This document shows, one piece after another, positions 51,258 through 63,649 of a DNA stretch of 64,000 bases. Position 1 is the stretch's first letter, and each line of letters opens with the position of its first letter. The stretch spans positions 83,328,001 through 83,392,000 of the forward strand of contig NC_083283.1 in NCBI RefSeq assembly GCF_963506605.1, given 5' to 3'. The position numbers and the translations under genes were made by a program. The DNA comes from Zootoca vivipara (lineage: Eukaryota). Below the pieces are notes generated by a model. That model had not been told where the DNA came from. It did not search any database and worked only from the letters and a program-made list of their open reading frames with translations.

Positions 51258-53678
51258 CTCTTCATCCTTAGCCTTTTCAGAATGAAAATTGTTTCCGCTG
51301 TTGCCTGTAAAAGGCACAGCAGGTTTCTCACTGCCAATAATATGGTCTACCATCTGAACATTGGGTGTCAGGAAGGCAAACTCATTCTTCCTGGTCTCAG
51401 AAGACAGACACAGCTGGTAGGAATAGGGCAAAGTCCCATCTTCAAAGTTGGGTGGGAAGATGGCCCCATTCTTGGAATGGGGAACAGGACCAAAGCACTG
51501 TAGGAACCTGGGATGCCCTGATTGACGGAGCTTCATGGTAACGGCCAGAATGACAGTCAAGAGGAACAAGAAGGAGATCACAGCTAAGGCCAGCACCAAG
51601 TAGAACTGCAGGTCAGACTGATACTCCGAGCTGCTGGGCTGGCTCTTCATTTCCGGAAGGGCCTCCTGAAAGTTCTCAGCAAACACCAGGTTCAGAGTAA
51701 TGGTGGCCGAGAGAGACGGCTGCCCATTATCCTTCACCATGATGACCAGTCTCTGTTTCACAGCGTCTCTCTCCACAAAGGCCCTGGCGGTCCTGATCTC
51801 TCCAGTATGAGAACCAACCGTGAAGAGTGCCGGCTCAGTGGCCTGAGTCAGGTGGTAGGAGAGCCAGGCGTTGTGTCCAGAATCTGCATCCACGGCCACC
51901 ACCTTGGTGACAAGATAATCTGCCTCAGCCGAACGAGGCACCATCTCAAACAAGGCTGAGCCCTTGGCTTCTTGTGAGGGGGACAGGATACGAGGGCTGT
52001 TATCATTCCGATCAAGAACAAACACCCTGACGGTCACATTGCTGCTGAGAGGGGGAGAACCCCCATCTTGGGCCTTCACTTGCAGCTGGAACTCTCTGAA
52101 TTGTTCATAGTCAAAGGATCTCTGGGCATAGATGGTGCCAGTCTCAGAATTAATGGAGATATAGGAGGAGATGGGAAGCTCCTCAATGTTGCTGTTGAGG
52201 ATGGAGTACGTGATCCGTGAGTTCTGATCCATATCGGGATCAGAGGCTTTGATAGTGAAAATGGAGGCACCTGAAGGATTGTTTTCTGGCACGTAGATGT
52301 TGTAGGATGATTTCTGAAAAGTAGGGGCATTATCATTGATATCTGAGATCTGTAGTGAGATTGTTTTGTGTGTGGAAAGAGGCGGAGTTCCTCTATCAGT
52401 GGCAGTGATTGTAATATTATATGCAGGAGTTCTTTCTCTGTCCAGGAGACTGTCTGTCTGGAGTTTGAAGTAATTATTAGACGAGGGAAGAATTTTGAAG
52501 GGTATATCATCTTGTAAGTAGCAAGTAACCTTTCCATTATCACCACTATCTTTGTCATTTACATTGATCAGAGCAATAACAGTTCCCTGCAGCGAATCTT
52601 CAGGAACAGGGCTGAACATGGAGGCTAACGTCACAAATGGGGCATTATCATTCCCATCAAGAACACTTATTTCAATGTTGCAGTGTGTCACCAATCCACC
52701 TCCATCCTTTGCTGCTGCTGTCATAGTATATTTTCTTGTTTCCTCAAAATCCAACATCTGCATAAGAGAGATTATGCCATCAACTGGATCCAGGCTGAAT
52801 TTCTTTTGTCCATTCACTGGAATATTGCTGAATTCATATCTGATCTGGGCATTTAAACCATCATCTTTGTCAGAGGCTACAACTTGGAGCACAAAGGACC
52901 CAACAGGAGCTTCTTCATGCACACTGACCTTGTACACCTCTTGAGTGAAGACTGGTGGGTTGTCATTGGCATCTGTGACATTAATCCATATCTGGGCAGT
53001 CCCTGTTTTTCTGGGCTCCCCCCCATCCAAGGCTGTGAGGATCAAGTGAAGAGAGTACTCACTTTCCCGATCCAAAGATTTCTGCAGCACCAATTCTGCA
53101 TTTTTATTTCCATCTTCCATTTCTCTAACTTCCAAAGTGAAGTACCGATTGGTGCTCAACTGGTAATTCTGGAGGGAATTCATCCCAATGTCAGGATCTT
53201 CAGCTTTCCCAAGGAGAAATCGTGCGCCTGGCAAAGTAGATTCAATTATCTCCAAGTTGATGTTATCATTGGGAAACAGTGGGGCATTATCATTCATGTC
53301 CTGAATTGCTATAGTTAAATGGAAGATATTGAGGGGATTTTCAACTACCACTTCAAAATTTACTACGCATATGGGAGTTATGTCACATAGCTGCTCCCTA
53401 TCTATTCTGTCACTTACATAGAGGTTTCCATTCTCTGCATTAATACTGAAATACTGCATTTTGTTCACAGAGACAGCATGCAGATTGCGCTTTGCAAGAT
53501 CTCTTGTATTCAGTCCCAAATCCTTGGCAAGATTCCCCACAATCGAACCCTTTGCCATTTCCTCAGGGATAGAATAACGAATCTGCTCTGAGGCAGCCCA
53601 GCAGGAAGGCAACAAAAGTAAGAGAAACAGTACTTGCCTTCGGAGCACTCTGCCATTGTCTTTGTGCCTTCTATCCAT
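51258..53678 (-). CDS. PCDHGB: V10: protocadherin gamma-B-type variable exon, subtype X (807 codons)
   Basis: ORF 51228..53678. Donor GAG|GTAAG at 51258/51257. Confidence 0.94.
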
Positions 53679-53937
53679 CTGGCTTTACAACAAATTAGCT
53701 GCCTCCTTTTGCAGATCAGATCAAAGCCCCCTCAAGGTGCAGGATCACCATAAGGAAGAATAAGCTGCCTTTCTTCTTAACGTTTACAAAAAGTGGTTGA
53801 ATTTTCTTTTCCTTTCTAGCAGGATTACTCTGTCTTTGTGATGTGCTGCTTGTCCGACTTGCACAGCAATGATTAAGCAATTGCTCCTTAGGCAACACAT
53901 CCATGGATCTCCTCTCTTCTCAGTCTGGCTGCCACAC

Positions 53938-53978
53938 TGGCCAACAGTGACACCCTGAGGGTCAGATGGAGATCTGCA
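53938..53978 (-). promoter_or_regulatory. CSE / CTCF-site promoter element of V10 (core CACT)
   Basis: Minus strand TGCAGATCTCCATCTGACCCTCAGGGTGTCACTGTTGGCCA. Confidence 0.85.
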
Positions 53979-54919
53979 AGGGATTTTTTCTCATTTAGTT
54001 GAAAATAGAACAGCAGCTTGGGTATTATATTTTGGAAAGTGAAGGGAAAACATCCTAATGCTAAGAGCTGTTCAGCAATGGAACCAATTACTTAGACGGG
54101 TTGTGGGCTCTGCGTTGCTGCAGTTATTCAATCAGAGCCTGGAGAATCATATATTGGGGATTCTCTCTTTCCTGCAGGACTTGGCATTGGGGTGAGAATC
54201 TCCACTGATATGATTCTGTGTTTCTCCAAGTGCGATTTTCCTGGTATACAAGGATCTGCTTCCACAATTAGTGCTCCAGTATTTCCTTTTTCCTCCCTAT
54301 TTTTGAATTACCTCTTCAGTGGCTTTTACTTTATGGGGTTTTACTACAATGACTGTTGCATTGTTTTGACTGGAAATAATTTGTACTAAAAGAGAAATGT
54401 GACTAAGCTTCATAGAATGGAAACCAGAACTACGGCACTGATATCCCAGCATTTTGCATTTCCCTGATAGAAACATGGGCAATTGTTACTGATATCTGTG
54501 ATTTCTGCTTTGATGCCAAAGATATAATCTCAAAATGTAACATATAATTTTACCCAATCACAGATCTCCTGCTTTTCTTCAGTTTTATTAGAAGGGATAT
54601 TTCCCCCCGATAAATCAGAATAAACCTATGAGTTGACAATGATCTCAGCTGTCCTATAAAACACAAACATAAACCAAAGTGTATCAAATGAAAACAAAAC
54701 AAACACAGATAGGATTTTTAGTGTTTGATTAGAAACCAGAGCTTTTGCTCTCCCATTCTTGTTAGACCTTTCCTTCTTCCTAAAAATAATAATCATTGGC
54801 TTTGAGAAAGAAAAGGTGTTAGCAGGCAATAGGAGGATTCCTTGGCTGCAGAATTCTGGTCACCTGGGCCTCTAGTGACAAATATTTATATAGTAGCACC
54901 CCCAAACTATGAACCTGCT

Positions 54920-55540
54920 CTTTCAGGAGGACCCCATCCAAAGCAAACAATTGACCAGTTATCCAGCCTCAGGGAGACCCACTCACAGCTCCTCTGTCTT
55001 GCCAGGATTCAGAGTTTCGTTGGCCCTCATTCAGCTGAACACTAAACCTAGGCATTAGTTCAGGGCTTGTACAACCGCTTCTGATTCAGAAGTTACAGAG
55101 AAGTAGAGCTCAGCACCATCAGCATGTTGATGACACATTGCCCCAAATTTCCCAATGACTATCTCCAGAGGCTTCATATATAGATGTCAAACAGCACTGA
55201 AGACAAAATGGTACCCTGTGGCACCCAACAGCACTACTGCCAGAGGGCTAAAAGACAATCACCCAATGCTATTTTCAGAAACCAACTCTGGAAATAGAAT
55301 CAGAACCATTGTTAAACAGTGTCTCCAGTACCCTTCCCATTAAGTCAGTTCTGAAAGATATAAAGGTAATTGTGTCAAACGCCACTGAGAGAGAAATCAG
55401 GTAAGGTTAACAGGATTATACTTCCCCTGTACTTCTCCTAGTAAAGATCACCCATCAGAGTGACAAAGCTCAATTCAGACCCATAACCGAGGCCTGAAAG
55501 CAGATTGAAATGGGTCAAGATAATCTGTTTTGTTCAAGAG
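54920..55540 (-). mobile_element. L2/CR1-clade LINE reverse-transcriptase fragment
   Basis: Minus strand ~55115-55228 translates VPQGTILSSVLFDIYMKPLEIVIGKFGAMCHQHADG, a decayed GVPQG...YADD RT core. Boundaries approximate. Confidence 0.75.
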
Positions 55541-56634
55541 TACTTGTATCATCACTTCTGACATTGCGGTCTGACATTGTGGCTCCTTGTGATATACAAG
55601 TCGACTAGCAGTTACAACGTTATCCTAAAGCAAATTTTTGAAAGACAGGTATGTACTTTTGTATCCCTCAGTCAGCATTCCTTCTCCCCTTTCCCTACTC
55701 CATCCCAACACCAGAGCACATTAGTTTTCCCCCACTTATATTTTATGGATAAGAACAAATCAGTGTGCTTTACATATCATTTCCAGGATTTAATGATCCC
55801 CAATGGGATTATTTCATAGGTAATATTAGATTCACTTACTGCGTGCTACAAAGGTTTCCCCTTCCCAAACACTAGATACCATGGGTGGCATCCAGTGCTC
55901 TAGACCCAAGTAGAGCTAAATGGTATCTACAATATACAATTCCACATATTATACAAAATCTATATGCTACACCATGTTAAACAGATAATTATGTAGATCC
56001 TATAGGAAGCAAATTTGCTATAAAGGACAACACATCAAGAATTGCACCTACTGCACAACTATCTCGGAAGAAATAATACTGAACTAATCCCTGGATTTGC
56101 ACCCCAAAATGAGTAAATAGTGGGGATAATTATTGATTCATCAAAGAGAAGATCTATCAGTCCCAACTTCCTTTGGTTTTTGTCTTTATCTGTGACCAAT
56201 TCTTACTTCCAGGGAATTGAGCCCCCTGAACTTCAAAAAGCATGTCACATTTATACCAGCTGTAGAAATTATAAGGCACAAAAGAAGACATTGGTTGGAA
56301 AAGGGAATAATTACACTGATTTGACTGACTGGATTTTAATTTATAGTCCAATGCTTTAGATTATTAGTCTTGTATGATTAATTTTGTTGTAGCGATATAT
56401 CTTATGTTTAAGATTATTTAAATTTCCTTATTGTTTTGTATCATTTCCTATGTCAACTTGGGGTATGTGGGTTTTATATGGAAATGCTAATTCACTTGGC
56501 CTTTCCTTATATTAAAAGTTTCCTTTCACTACTCACAATACATTGCTGTGGTCTGTGACTATCACAATGCATTCATTCATGACAGGCCAAGGTGTGAGCT
56601 TTGGGCTAGTGATGTTCCAGTTCAAAAAGCAGAA

Positions 56635-56785
56635 AGGTCATAGCTCAGTGGTAGAGAATCTGCTTTTCCTTCAAAAGGTTCAATGTTCAATCCTCAGAAT
56701 CTTGAGATAGGAAAGTGAAGGTCTTCTGTCTGAAGACCTGGAGAGCTGTTGCTAGTTAGTGTGGACAGTACTGAGAGAGACAGTA
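56635..56785 (+). mobile_element. tRNA-derived SINE (Squam2-like)
   Basis: TAGCTCAGTGGTAGAG (A box), GTTCAATCC (B box), body CTGGAGAGCTGTTGCTAGTTAGTGTGGACAGTACTGAG. Confidence 0.7.
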
Positions 56786-57422
56786 GTCTTGAGGGAACCT
56801 CCAGTTTTACAGAAGTACCAAAAAACACACAAGAGAAGGTGAAACCCAAACTAACCAAAGAGAGCAGAGCATGCTCAGTAGAAACACAATGCTCAATGCC
56901 TGTTGAGGAATGGCATATTATGGGAAAAGTTGGCTGAAACCAGACCCCACTTGTTACTCAGTAACATTCAAAGCACAAAAATCTTCAGTAAATACCTCCA
57001 AAATTTCAGCTAAGTCTGAAGCAAGTATGCAAACTACAAATTGCATGCACCTTGTCCCCTTACATATGCCAAGAGACCCCACCATTTGCAACATTGCAGG
57101 CTATATAGAGATACTTGAATGTGTGTAGGTTCTATAGGGACATTCAGCTGACTTCATGAAGATCAAAATTAGGGAAAGAGGGATATACAAATATCCAAGA
57201 GGGAATGAAATAATTAATTAAAATATATTACCTGTAAACTGATTATTACAACATACTTTCAAATATTCAATCTCAGTAAAAAAAATTGCACCAATTGTAT
57301 AGTAGCAGATACTGCTGAAAAGAAAGCTCTCTGAGATGTGTGAGCTTAAAATATATTAGTACTGTATAGATATGCAGGGAATGCCCAATCAGTTCACCAT
57401 GTACTGCTGAAAATAAACTCAC

Positions 57423-59843
57423 CATATCAGCTCTATCCATCTCAGAAATTAGGATATGGCCTCCATTAGCAGTCAAAGGTGCATCAGACTTAGTGTTGCA
57501 TGAAATATTCTCTGCGGTTTGAAGATTGGGTGTTGGAAAGGTGAACTCCTGTACCCTGGACTCAGAAGATAAACACAGCTGATAGGAATACGGCAATGTT
57601 CCTTCTTCATAGTTTGGTGGGAAAATGACCGTGTTGTTTGAATGGGGAACAGGAGCAAAACACTGCAGGAATTTGGGATTCCCTGATCGCCGAATCTTCA
57701 TGAGAATGGCCAGAATCACAGTCAGGAGGAATAAGAATGAGATCAGAGCTAAGGCCAGCACCAAGAAGAACTGTAGATCCGATTGATAGTCGGACTCACT
57801 GGGCTGGTGGCTGATTTCTGGAAGTGCCTCCTGGAAGTTCTCAGCAAACACCAGGTTGAGACTCACAGTAGCAGATAGTGGTGGCTGCCCATTATCTTTG
57901 ACCAAGATGATGAGCTTCTGCTTCACAGCATCTCTTTCCAGAAAAGCCCGTGAGGTCCTGATCTCCCCAGTATGGGAACCAATTGAGAACAGCCCAGGTT
58001 CTGTTGCCTGGAGCAGATAGTAGGAGAGCCAAGCGTTGTGTCCAGAGTCAGCATCCACAGCCACCACCTTTGTCACCAGGTAACCCTCCTCTGCTGAGCG
58101 AGGCACCATCTCAAACAAGGAGGAGCCCTCTACTCCTTGAGAAGGGTAAAGAATCTGAGGGCTTTGGTCATTCTGGTCCAGAATACACACTCTCACGGTA
58201 GCATTGCTGCTGAGGCGAGGGGAGCCTCCATCTTCGGCCCTCACCTCCACTTGAAACTCCCTGACTTGCTCATAGTCAAAGGAGCGCTGAGCATAGATAG
58301 TGCCAGTCTCAGAATTAATGGAGAGGTAGGATGAGAGAGGAAGCCCCTCAGTGATGTTGTTGCGAATGGAGTAGGTGATTTGAGCATTCTGGTCCACATC
58401 TGGGTCGGAAGCTTTGACCCTGAAAATGGAGGAGCCTGAAGGGTTGTTCTCTGGGACATAGGCAGTATAATAGGGTTTCTCAAAGGCAGGGCAGTTGTCA
58501 TTGATGTCTGAGATCTGCAGTGTGATGGTTTTGTATGTGGAAAGAGGGGGGTTGCCTTTGTCTGTGGCTGTGACTGTGATGTTGTACTCTGGAGTTCTTT
58601 CTCTGTCCAAGGGGGCATCTGTGAGAAGCTTATAATAATTATTGGAGGCTGATACCATTTTGAATGGCAAAGTGTGTTGTATGTCACAAGCAATCTTCCC
58701 ATTATCTCCAGAATCTCTGTCATTTACATTGATAAGGGCTACCAGGGTTCCTACTTCAGCGTCTTCAGGGACTGGGCTGGATAAAGAGGCAAGAATCACT
58801 TCTGGCGCATTGTCATTCTCATCTAGGAGTGTTATTTCAACATTGCAGTGAGCTACTAATCCTCCCCCATCTCTTGCTTCCACTGCCATCACATATCCGT
58901 CTGTTTCCTCAAAGTCCAGAGCCTCTTTAAGTGTTATTGTCCCATCTTGTGGATCCAAGTAGAATTTTTGATGAGCACTTTCAGGGATGTTACTAAAACT
59001 ATAGCTGATCTGGGAATTTGAACCATCATCTCTATCCGTGGCTTTCACTTGTGTAACTGAATACCCTTTGGGAGCATTTTCCTTCAGCTTGACTGTGTAT
59101 ACTTTTTGAGTGAAGACTGGTGGGTTGTCATTTGCATCAATGACGGTGATCCATATTTTGGCTGTTCCAGTTTTGGCAGGCTTCCCTCCATCCAGCGCCG
59201 TAAGGATTAATTGGAAACTGCTTTCACTTTCCCGATCCAACTGTTTATTCAATACTAATTCTGCATACTTCTTTCCATCCTTTCTTTCTCTCACTTCCAG
59301 AATAAAGTATGGATTTGTGCTAAGGTTGTAATCCTGGAGAGAATTCACCCCAAGATCAGGATCTTCAGCTTGTCCAAGGAGAAATGTGGTGCCTGGTAAA
59401 GAGGATTCACTTATCTCCAGCTTGATATTCCCATTTACAAAATGTGGTGCATTATCATTAATGTCTTGGATCTCTACAGTTACATGAAAAATATTCATAG
59501 GGCTGCCAACCACCACTTCAAAATTGATGGAGCAGAATGCAGTTTGACCACATAATTCCTCTCTATCAATCCTCTCTCTTACATACAGATTTCCATTTTC
59601 TGCACTGAGAGTGAAGTATTGCTTTTTACCTAGGGAAAGGATACGCAGATTGTCATTTCCTATTTCTCCATTATTCAGCCTCAGGTCTTTGGCCAGGTTT
59701 CCTACAATGGATCCCTTTTCCATTTCCTCAGGGATGGAATAATTAATGTGCTCTGAGGCAATTTGACTAAACAGAGAGAATAAAAGGAGGAGAGGTACTT
59801 GCCTTCTTACTGATCTCCTGTTTTCCTTCTGCCTGTCTTCCAT
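57423..59843 (-). CDS. PCDHGB: V11: protocadherin gamma-B-type variable exon, subtype Z (807 codons), close paralog of V9
   Basis: ORF 57273..59888; the track start is TTG, first ATG is 59843 (MEDRQKEN). Donor ATG|GTGAG at 57423/57422. Confidence 0.93.
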
Positions 59844-60114
59844 CCCTCTTGCAGGGATATGTGCTTTATCCTTGTTTTCTGTAATCAATTGAGCTGCTGA
59901 GGTGTTTCACATTCCCATTAGGATGCAGAAGTACTCAAAAAAGGATGCTAAACAAGGCTGCTGCTGAATTTCTGTATTTTGCTGTGGTTTTTGTTTCTCA
60001 GCAAACACTCTGGAAGTCCCTGTATTCTGCTGTTTCCCAGCTCTGTGTGACTGAACAATCACATTGCAGAAGCCGCAGTTCACTGGATTTTCATCTCCAT
60101 TGTGAGAACTATGT

Positions 60115-60155
60115 TGGCCAACAGCGGCACTCTGAGTCTCAGATGAGGAACTGCA
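60115..60155 (-). promoter_or_regulatory. CSE / CTCF-site promoter element of V11 (canonical CGCT)
   Basis: Minus strand TGCAGTTCCTCATCTGAGACTCAGAGTGCCGCTGTTGGCCA. Confidence 0.9.
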
Positions 60156-61099
60156 AGAGGTTTTATCACAGATAACATGGAAGAGATTTGTTTTGTCATT
60201 TACACAGTGATGTGTATCGATTGTCAGGAATATTTGGGTAAATAACATATTTTTGTTGATGTGTTTTGTCTGTAGGATAAGCCACAACTCACTGCCATCC
60301 AATAAGTACCAGTAGAAAATAAGCAACAATACACTTTTTTGTTTTATATATTCTTAATGTGGAATTTATCCCACCTCCTTCCCCCATTTTCTTTTTAAAA
60401 AAAATATCAGGTAGGATATAAATGGGGAGAATAAAAGAATTACAGCACTTACCACATTTTCAAAGTGAAATGTGTAACTTTCTCATTTCCTTCAGAAATG
60501 ATACCATTTGTGTTATAAAAACATGTGTCTAGAAATTTATTTTATGTTCCTAGAATAGTTACACGTTACAGTAGAAAATATGGATTTGTTGATAAAGTGC
60601 ACTTCACAGAAATTTGCAGCTGAAATCTGACATCTGCCTTGGATTTGGGACAGTCACCTACTTGGTGGGCGATTTACTTCAGTGGGTGAAGAGGGGGACT
60701 TTCATCAATATTTGATACAACTGACCTGGACTAGGTTGGAATTTGGTGGACACTGTGTTTGAGTGGCTCTGGTCCAGCATGGTGTGTAGAATCAAGAAGT
60801 TGATGCTGGGGAACTTCTGTTCTAACCCATGGCTCTTGGTCTTTGGGGAAGCTCAAGCCACCACTTCGCTGTGATTTTTAACATTTTCATAAGAGGGCTG
60901 AGTGAAGTAATGCAAAGATTTAGCCTGAAATGCCATTAACATATGGATGACGCAGAGCCTGCCCCCCCCCCATTTCATAACCTCAAGGAGGCAGTGGGAA
61001 ACCTGTATAGGTGTTGTGGTTTTGGATTTGGGGATTAATGAAGGAGAACAACTTGAAATTGAAACCAGGCAAGATGGAAATGTTTGAGTCAGGAAATCT

Positions 61100-61930
61100 G
61101 CTATGTGGTGGTGGCTTACAGTGTATCCTGGATGGCAATATCTCCTCCTAAAGGGACAGGTATGCAGTTTAGGAGTGCTACTCACCCTCTATGAGGGCAG
61201 AGGTGGCATTGGTGGAGTGCTTTTCCTACTTTGGCTGCTTCACCAACTGCAGCCTTATCTTGCCTCATAGGTTATATCCAGACTGGATATCTAAAGTGGA
61301 GCTGCCCTTAAATATAGTTTGGAAGATTCAGTGGGTTCAGAATGCAGCAGCAAAAATGATTGTAAGAGCTCTGAACACATTAGACCTATTCTGCACCAGT
61401 TACATTGTTTGTTCATTTGTTTCCAAGCCCAATTTAAGGTGCTCACATTAAACTTAAAATTCCTGAAAGGGTTGGGCTCAGGTCATCTGAAGGACCATCC
61501 ACACGCATTTGAATCTGCCTGAGCTTTAAACTCTGTTCTGCCAGTGATAGCTTTTAGGGTACTGGGACAGGGCTTTTTCTGTAGCGGCCCAGCATCTCTG
61601 GTGTATCCTCCCCAGGGAAATATATAGGTTCCACCTCCTTCTTTGGTTTCAGATGGCACAAAAAAGACCTTATTCCAATCAGCTTTTAGCTAGTTTATAT
61701 TGCTGTGTTTTTAATTAACTGTTTTATCTGCTGCCACAGTTTTATTGTTATTGTCTTTTTTGTTGCTGATTTTTATCTGATTATTTTCTCTTATTCATTT
61801 AAAATGTTTTAATATTGTTCTTTTTTATTTTTGTGTAATCTTATTATATTGTTTTACTGATTCTTGTAAACTGCCTTGGAATGATAATTTATTCTGAAAG
61901 GCGGTTTTAAAATCCATAAATAAATAGATA
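61100..61930 (+). mobile_element. L2-like LINE 3' fragment
   Basis: Remnant translations QVCSLGVLL, VQNAAAK, HIRPILHQLH and FQAQFKVL. Tail TTGTAAACTGCCTTGG..GAAAGGCGG..ATAAATAAAT. Confidence 0.75.
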
Positions 61931-62856
61931 AAAACCTTCAGTGTAAGCCAAGCATCATTCAAATAGAAATTCACACATAATTTATGCAGAATTTCCGCTC
62001 TGTTTGAATGGATGTTGCAAGCAAGCAAACAACCCACATGCAGTTCATCATTGAAGGAATCACAATACCAAAGTTGCCAGTGCTAGTTCTACTCAGAGTA
62101 GCCCCACTGAAATTGAATATGACTAACTTACAACCATTATTTACAATTCGTGTAGTCTGAGTAGAACATAGTCTTTAAAAAATCTCATAAATGTCAATTT
62201 ACTGAGCATTCCACTTTACAACAAGTTTATCTATCAGGAACCTAGAAACAAAAACCAGGATTAAACTAAATGGAAAATACCAGAAAATATATCACTGAAA
62301 GAATTAGATTTCATCCTTGATCCTTCTTTAAAATGCTGACAAGTGCAACTTCATAAGCTGAATAGACAATGGTCAGAATGCTAAACTGTGAAGTGCTGGA
62401 TAAAGTAGGGAGATATTGAAGTAGCAATTGTCAAGACATCATACCCTGCCACTATGACAATCTACATGTTCAGAAAAAGCAGATACTATGTGAGGAATCA
62501 ACAGTTTATTTTTAAAAGGAAGTAGTTCCAGTTCTAGTTCATCCTGTCCAAATAAGTTTGTACTTTTACAAAATAGTTTAGTTAAAGTTCATCCAAATAG
62601 TGACTTTTTAGTTCATAAAAAAATCAGCCTGGCATTCCCCCCCACCCCTAGCATGTAGAATTCTACAAGCTGCTGTGCTTGTATGTATCCTAAAAGTAAA
62701 CCAGCACCACACACAAATAATATGTAAAAGCCCTCAGGTAGCAACAGAGCTTGGACAGCCTCTCCTAGTCAAGCTTGAAAACACTGGGCTGGATTCATCA
62801 TTGATCCTTCCAACTCTATAATTCTACAGTTTTCTTAAATAGCTCATTATATAGAG

Positions 62857-63517
62857 CAGTGGTTCCCAACAGGTGGTCCGGGGACCCCCAGGGGTCCGCG
62901 AGCTATGCCAGAGGGGTCCGCAAGATGCTAAAAAATATATTAAATATATTTCGTATGATAACAGATTTTTTGTTTTGGTCGCTTCCTGCATGAGCAGAGT
63001 CTAGCGCAAAACTAGAATTAGATAGAGGCAGTAGTTCTGCTGTATGCCGTTAGGTGGCACTTTACAAACACTACTGTTTTGCAAAGAGGCAGCGCGCGCA
63101 TTCTACTAATGCTCACCTCCCCAAGATGCTTTGCGCGCGTCGGCTTCATTTGTGCGCTACTGTGCAGGTACCCTGTCTTCTCCATTCCCCTCCCTCCTCC
63201 CTGGCGCGCGCTGCCTCTTTGCAAAACAGTAGTGTTTGTAAACAAAGCGTTGTTTTTCGCGGAAGCTACAGTTCGCGTAGTTAAAAATGGACCGTTGGTT
63301 TAAAAGTGGTTCATCTCATTAAGAACTGAAAATTAAAACTAACTGTATACTGATGGAGTACTCTGTTGTAACTGTAAAAAACGTATAAATATAAAATATA
63401 AAAAGACTCTTAATTTGGCTCTCACTTTTTAATTTTAGGATTAGGAATTAATGGGGGTCCTTGTCACAATAGCGGCTCGATGAGGGGTCCTCGAGAAAAT
63501 TTTGTTGGGAACCCCTG
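62857..63517. mobile_element. Non-autonomous hAT (Charlie-like) element, 661 bp
   Basis: TIRs CAGTGGTTCCCAAC / GTTGGGAACCCCTG. Exact 8-bp TSD ATATAGAG (62849-62856, 63518-63525). Subterminal GGGGTCC repeats. Confidence 0.9.
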
Positions 63518-63649
63518 ATATAGAGGAAAGATTAATGCAGACACAAGAGAAACACTCATAATTTGGGAAATCCCTTAGCTTCCTACAGACATGTTGACCT
63601 CTAGGCGCACCACAATCTGGGTGAATTCTACTCCAACCTATACACCTCC

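Noticed and set aside
50619-51503. 294-aa plus-strand ORF
   Set aside because: It is antisense to a decayed CR1 and to the end of V10, has a GTG start and shows no recognisable domain.
59265-59300. EVRERKDG shared by Z-type V11 and X-type V1/V3/V5 as a recent conversion
   Set aside because: Synonymous positions differ at the DNA level, so ancestral retention or convergence is more likely.
792-59331. Many 60-160 aa ORFs overlapping the Pcdh exons in alternate frames or antisense (e.g. 792..1184, 4210..4440, 10816..11100, 46222..46704, 58241..58723)
   Set aside because: They are shadows of the cadherin coding sequence. They recur only because the exons are paralogous and show no independent protein features.
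2022-60155. Recurrent 41-bp motif as a CRISPR-like or mobile repeat
   Set aside because: The context is eukaryotic, with one copy per exon at a fixed upstream distance and kilobases apart. It matches the Pcdh CSE.
62086-62167. 12-bp inverted repeat GTTCTACTCAGA / TCTGAGTAGAAC
   Set aside because: It resembles short palindromic interspersed repeats common in reptile genomes. No TSD or specific function is supportable.
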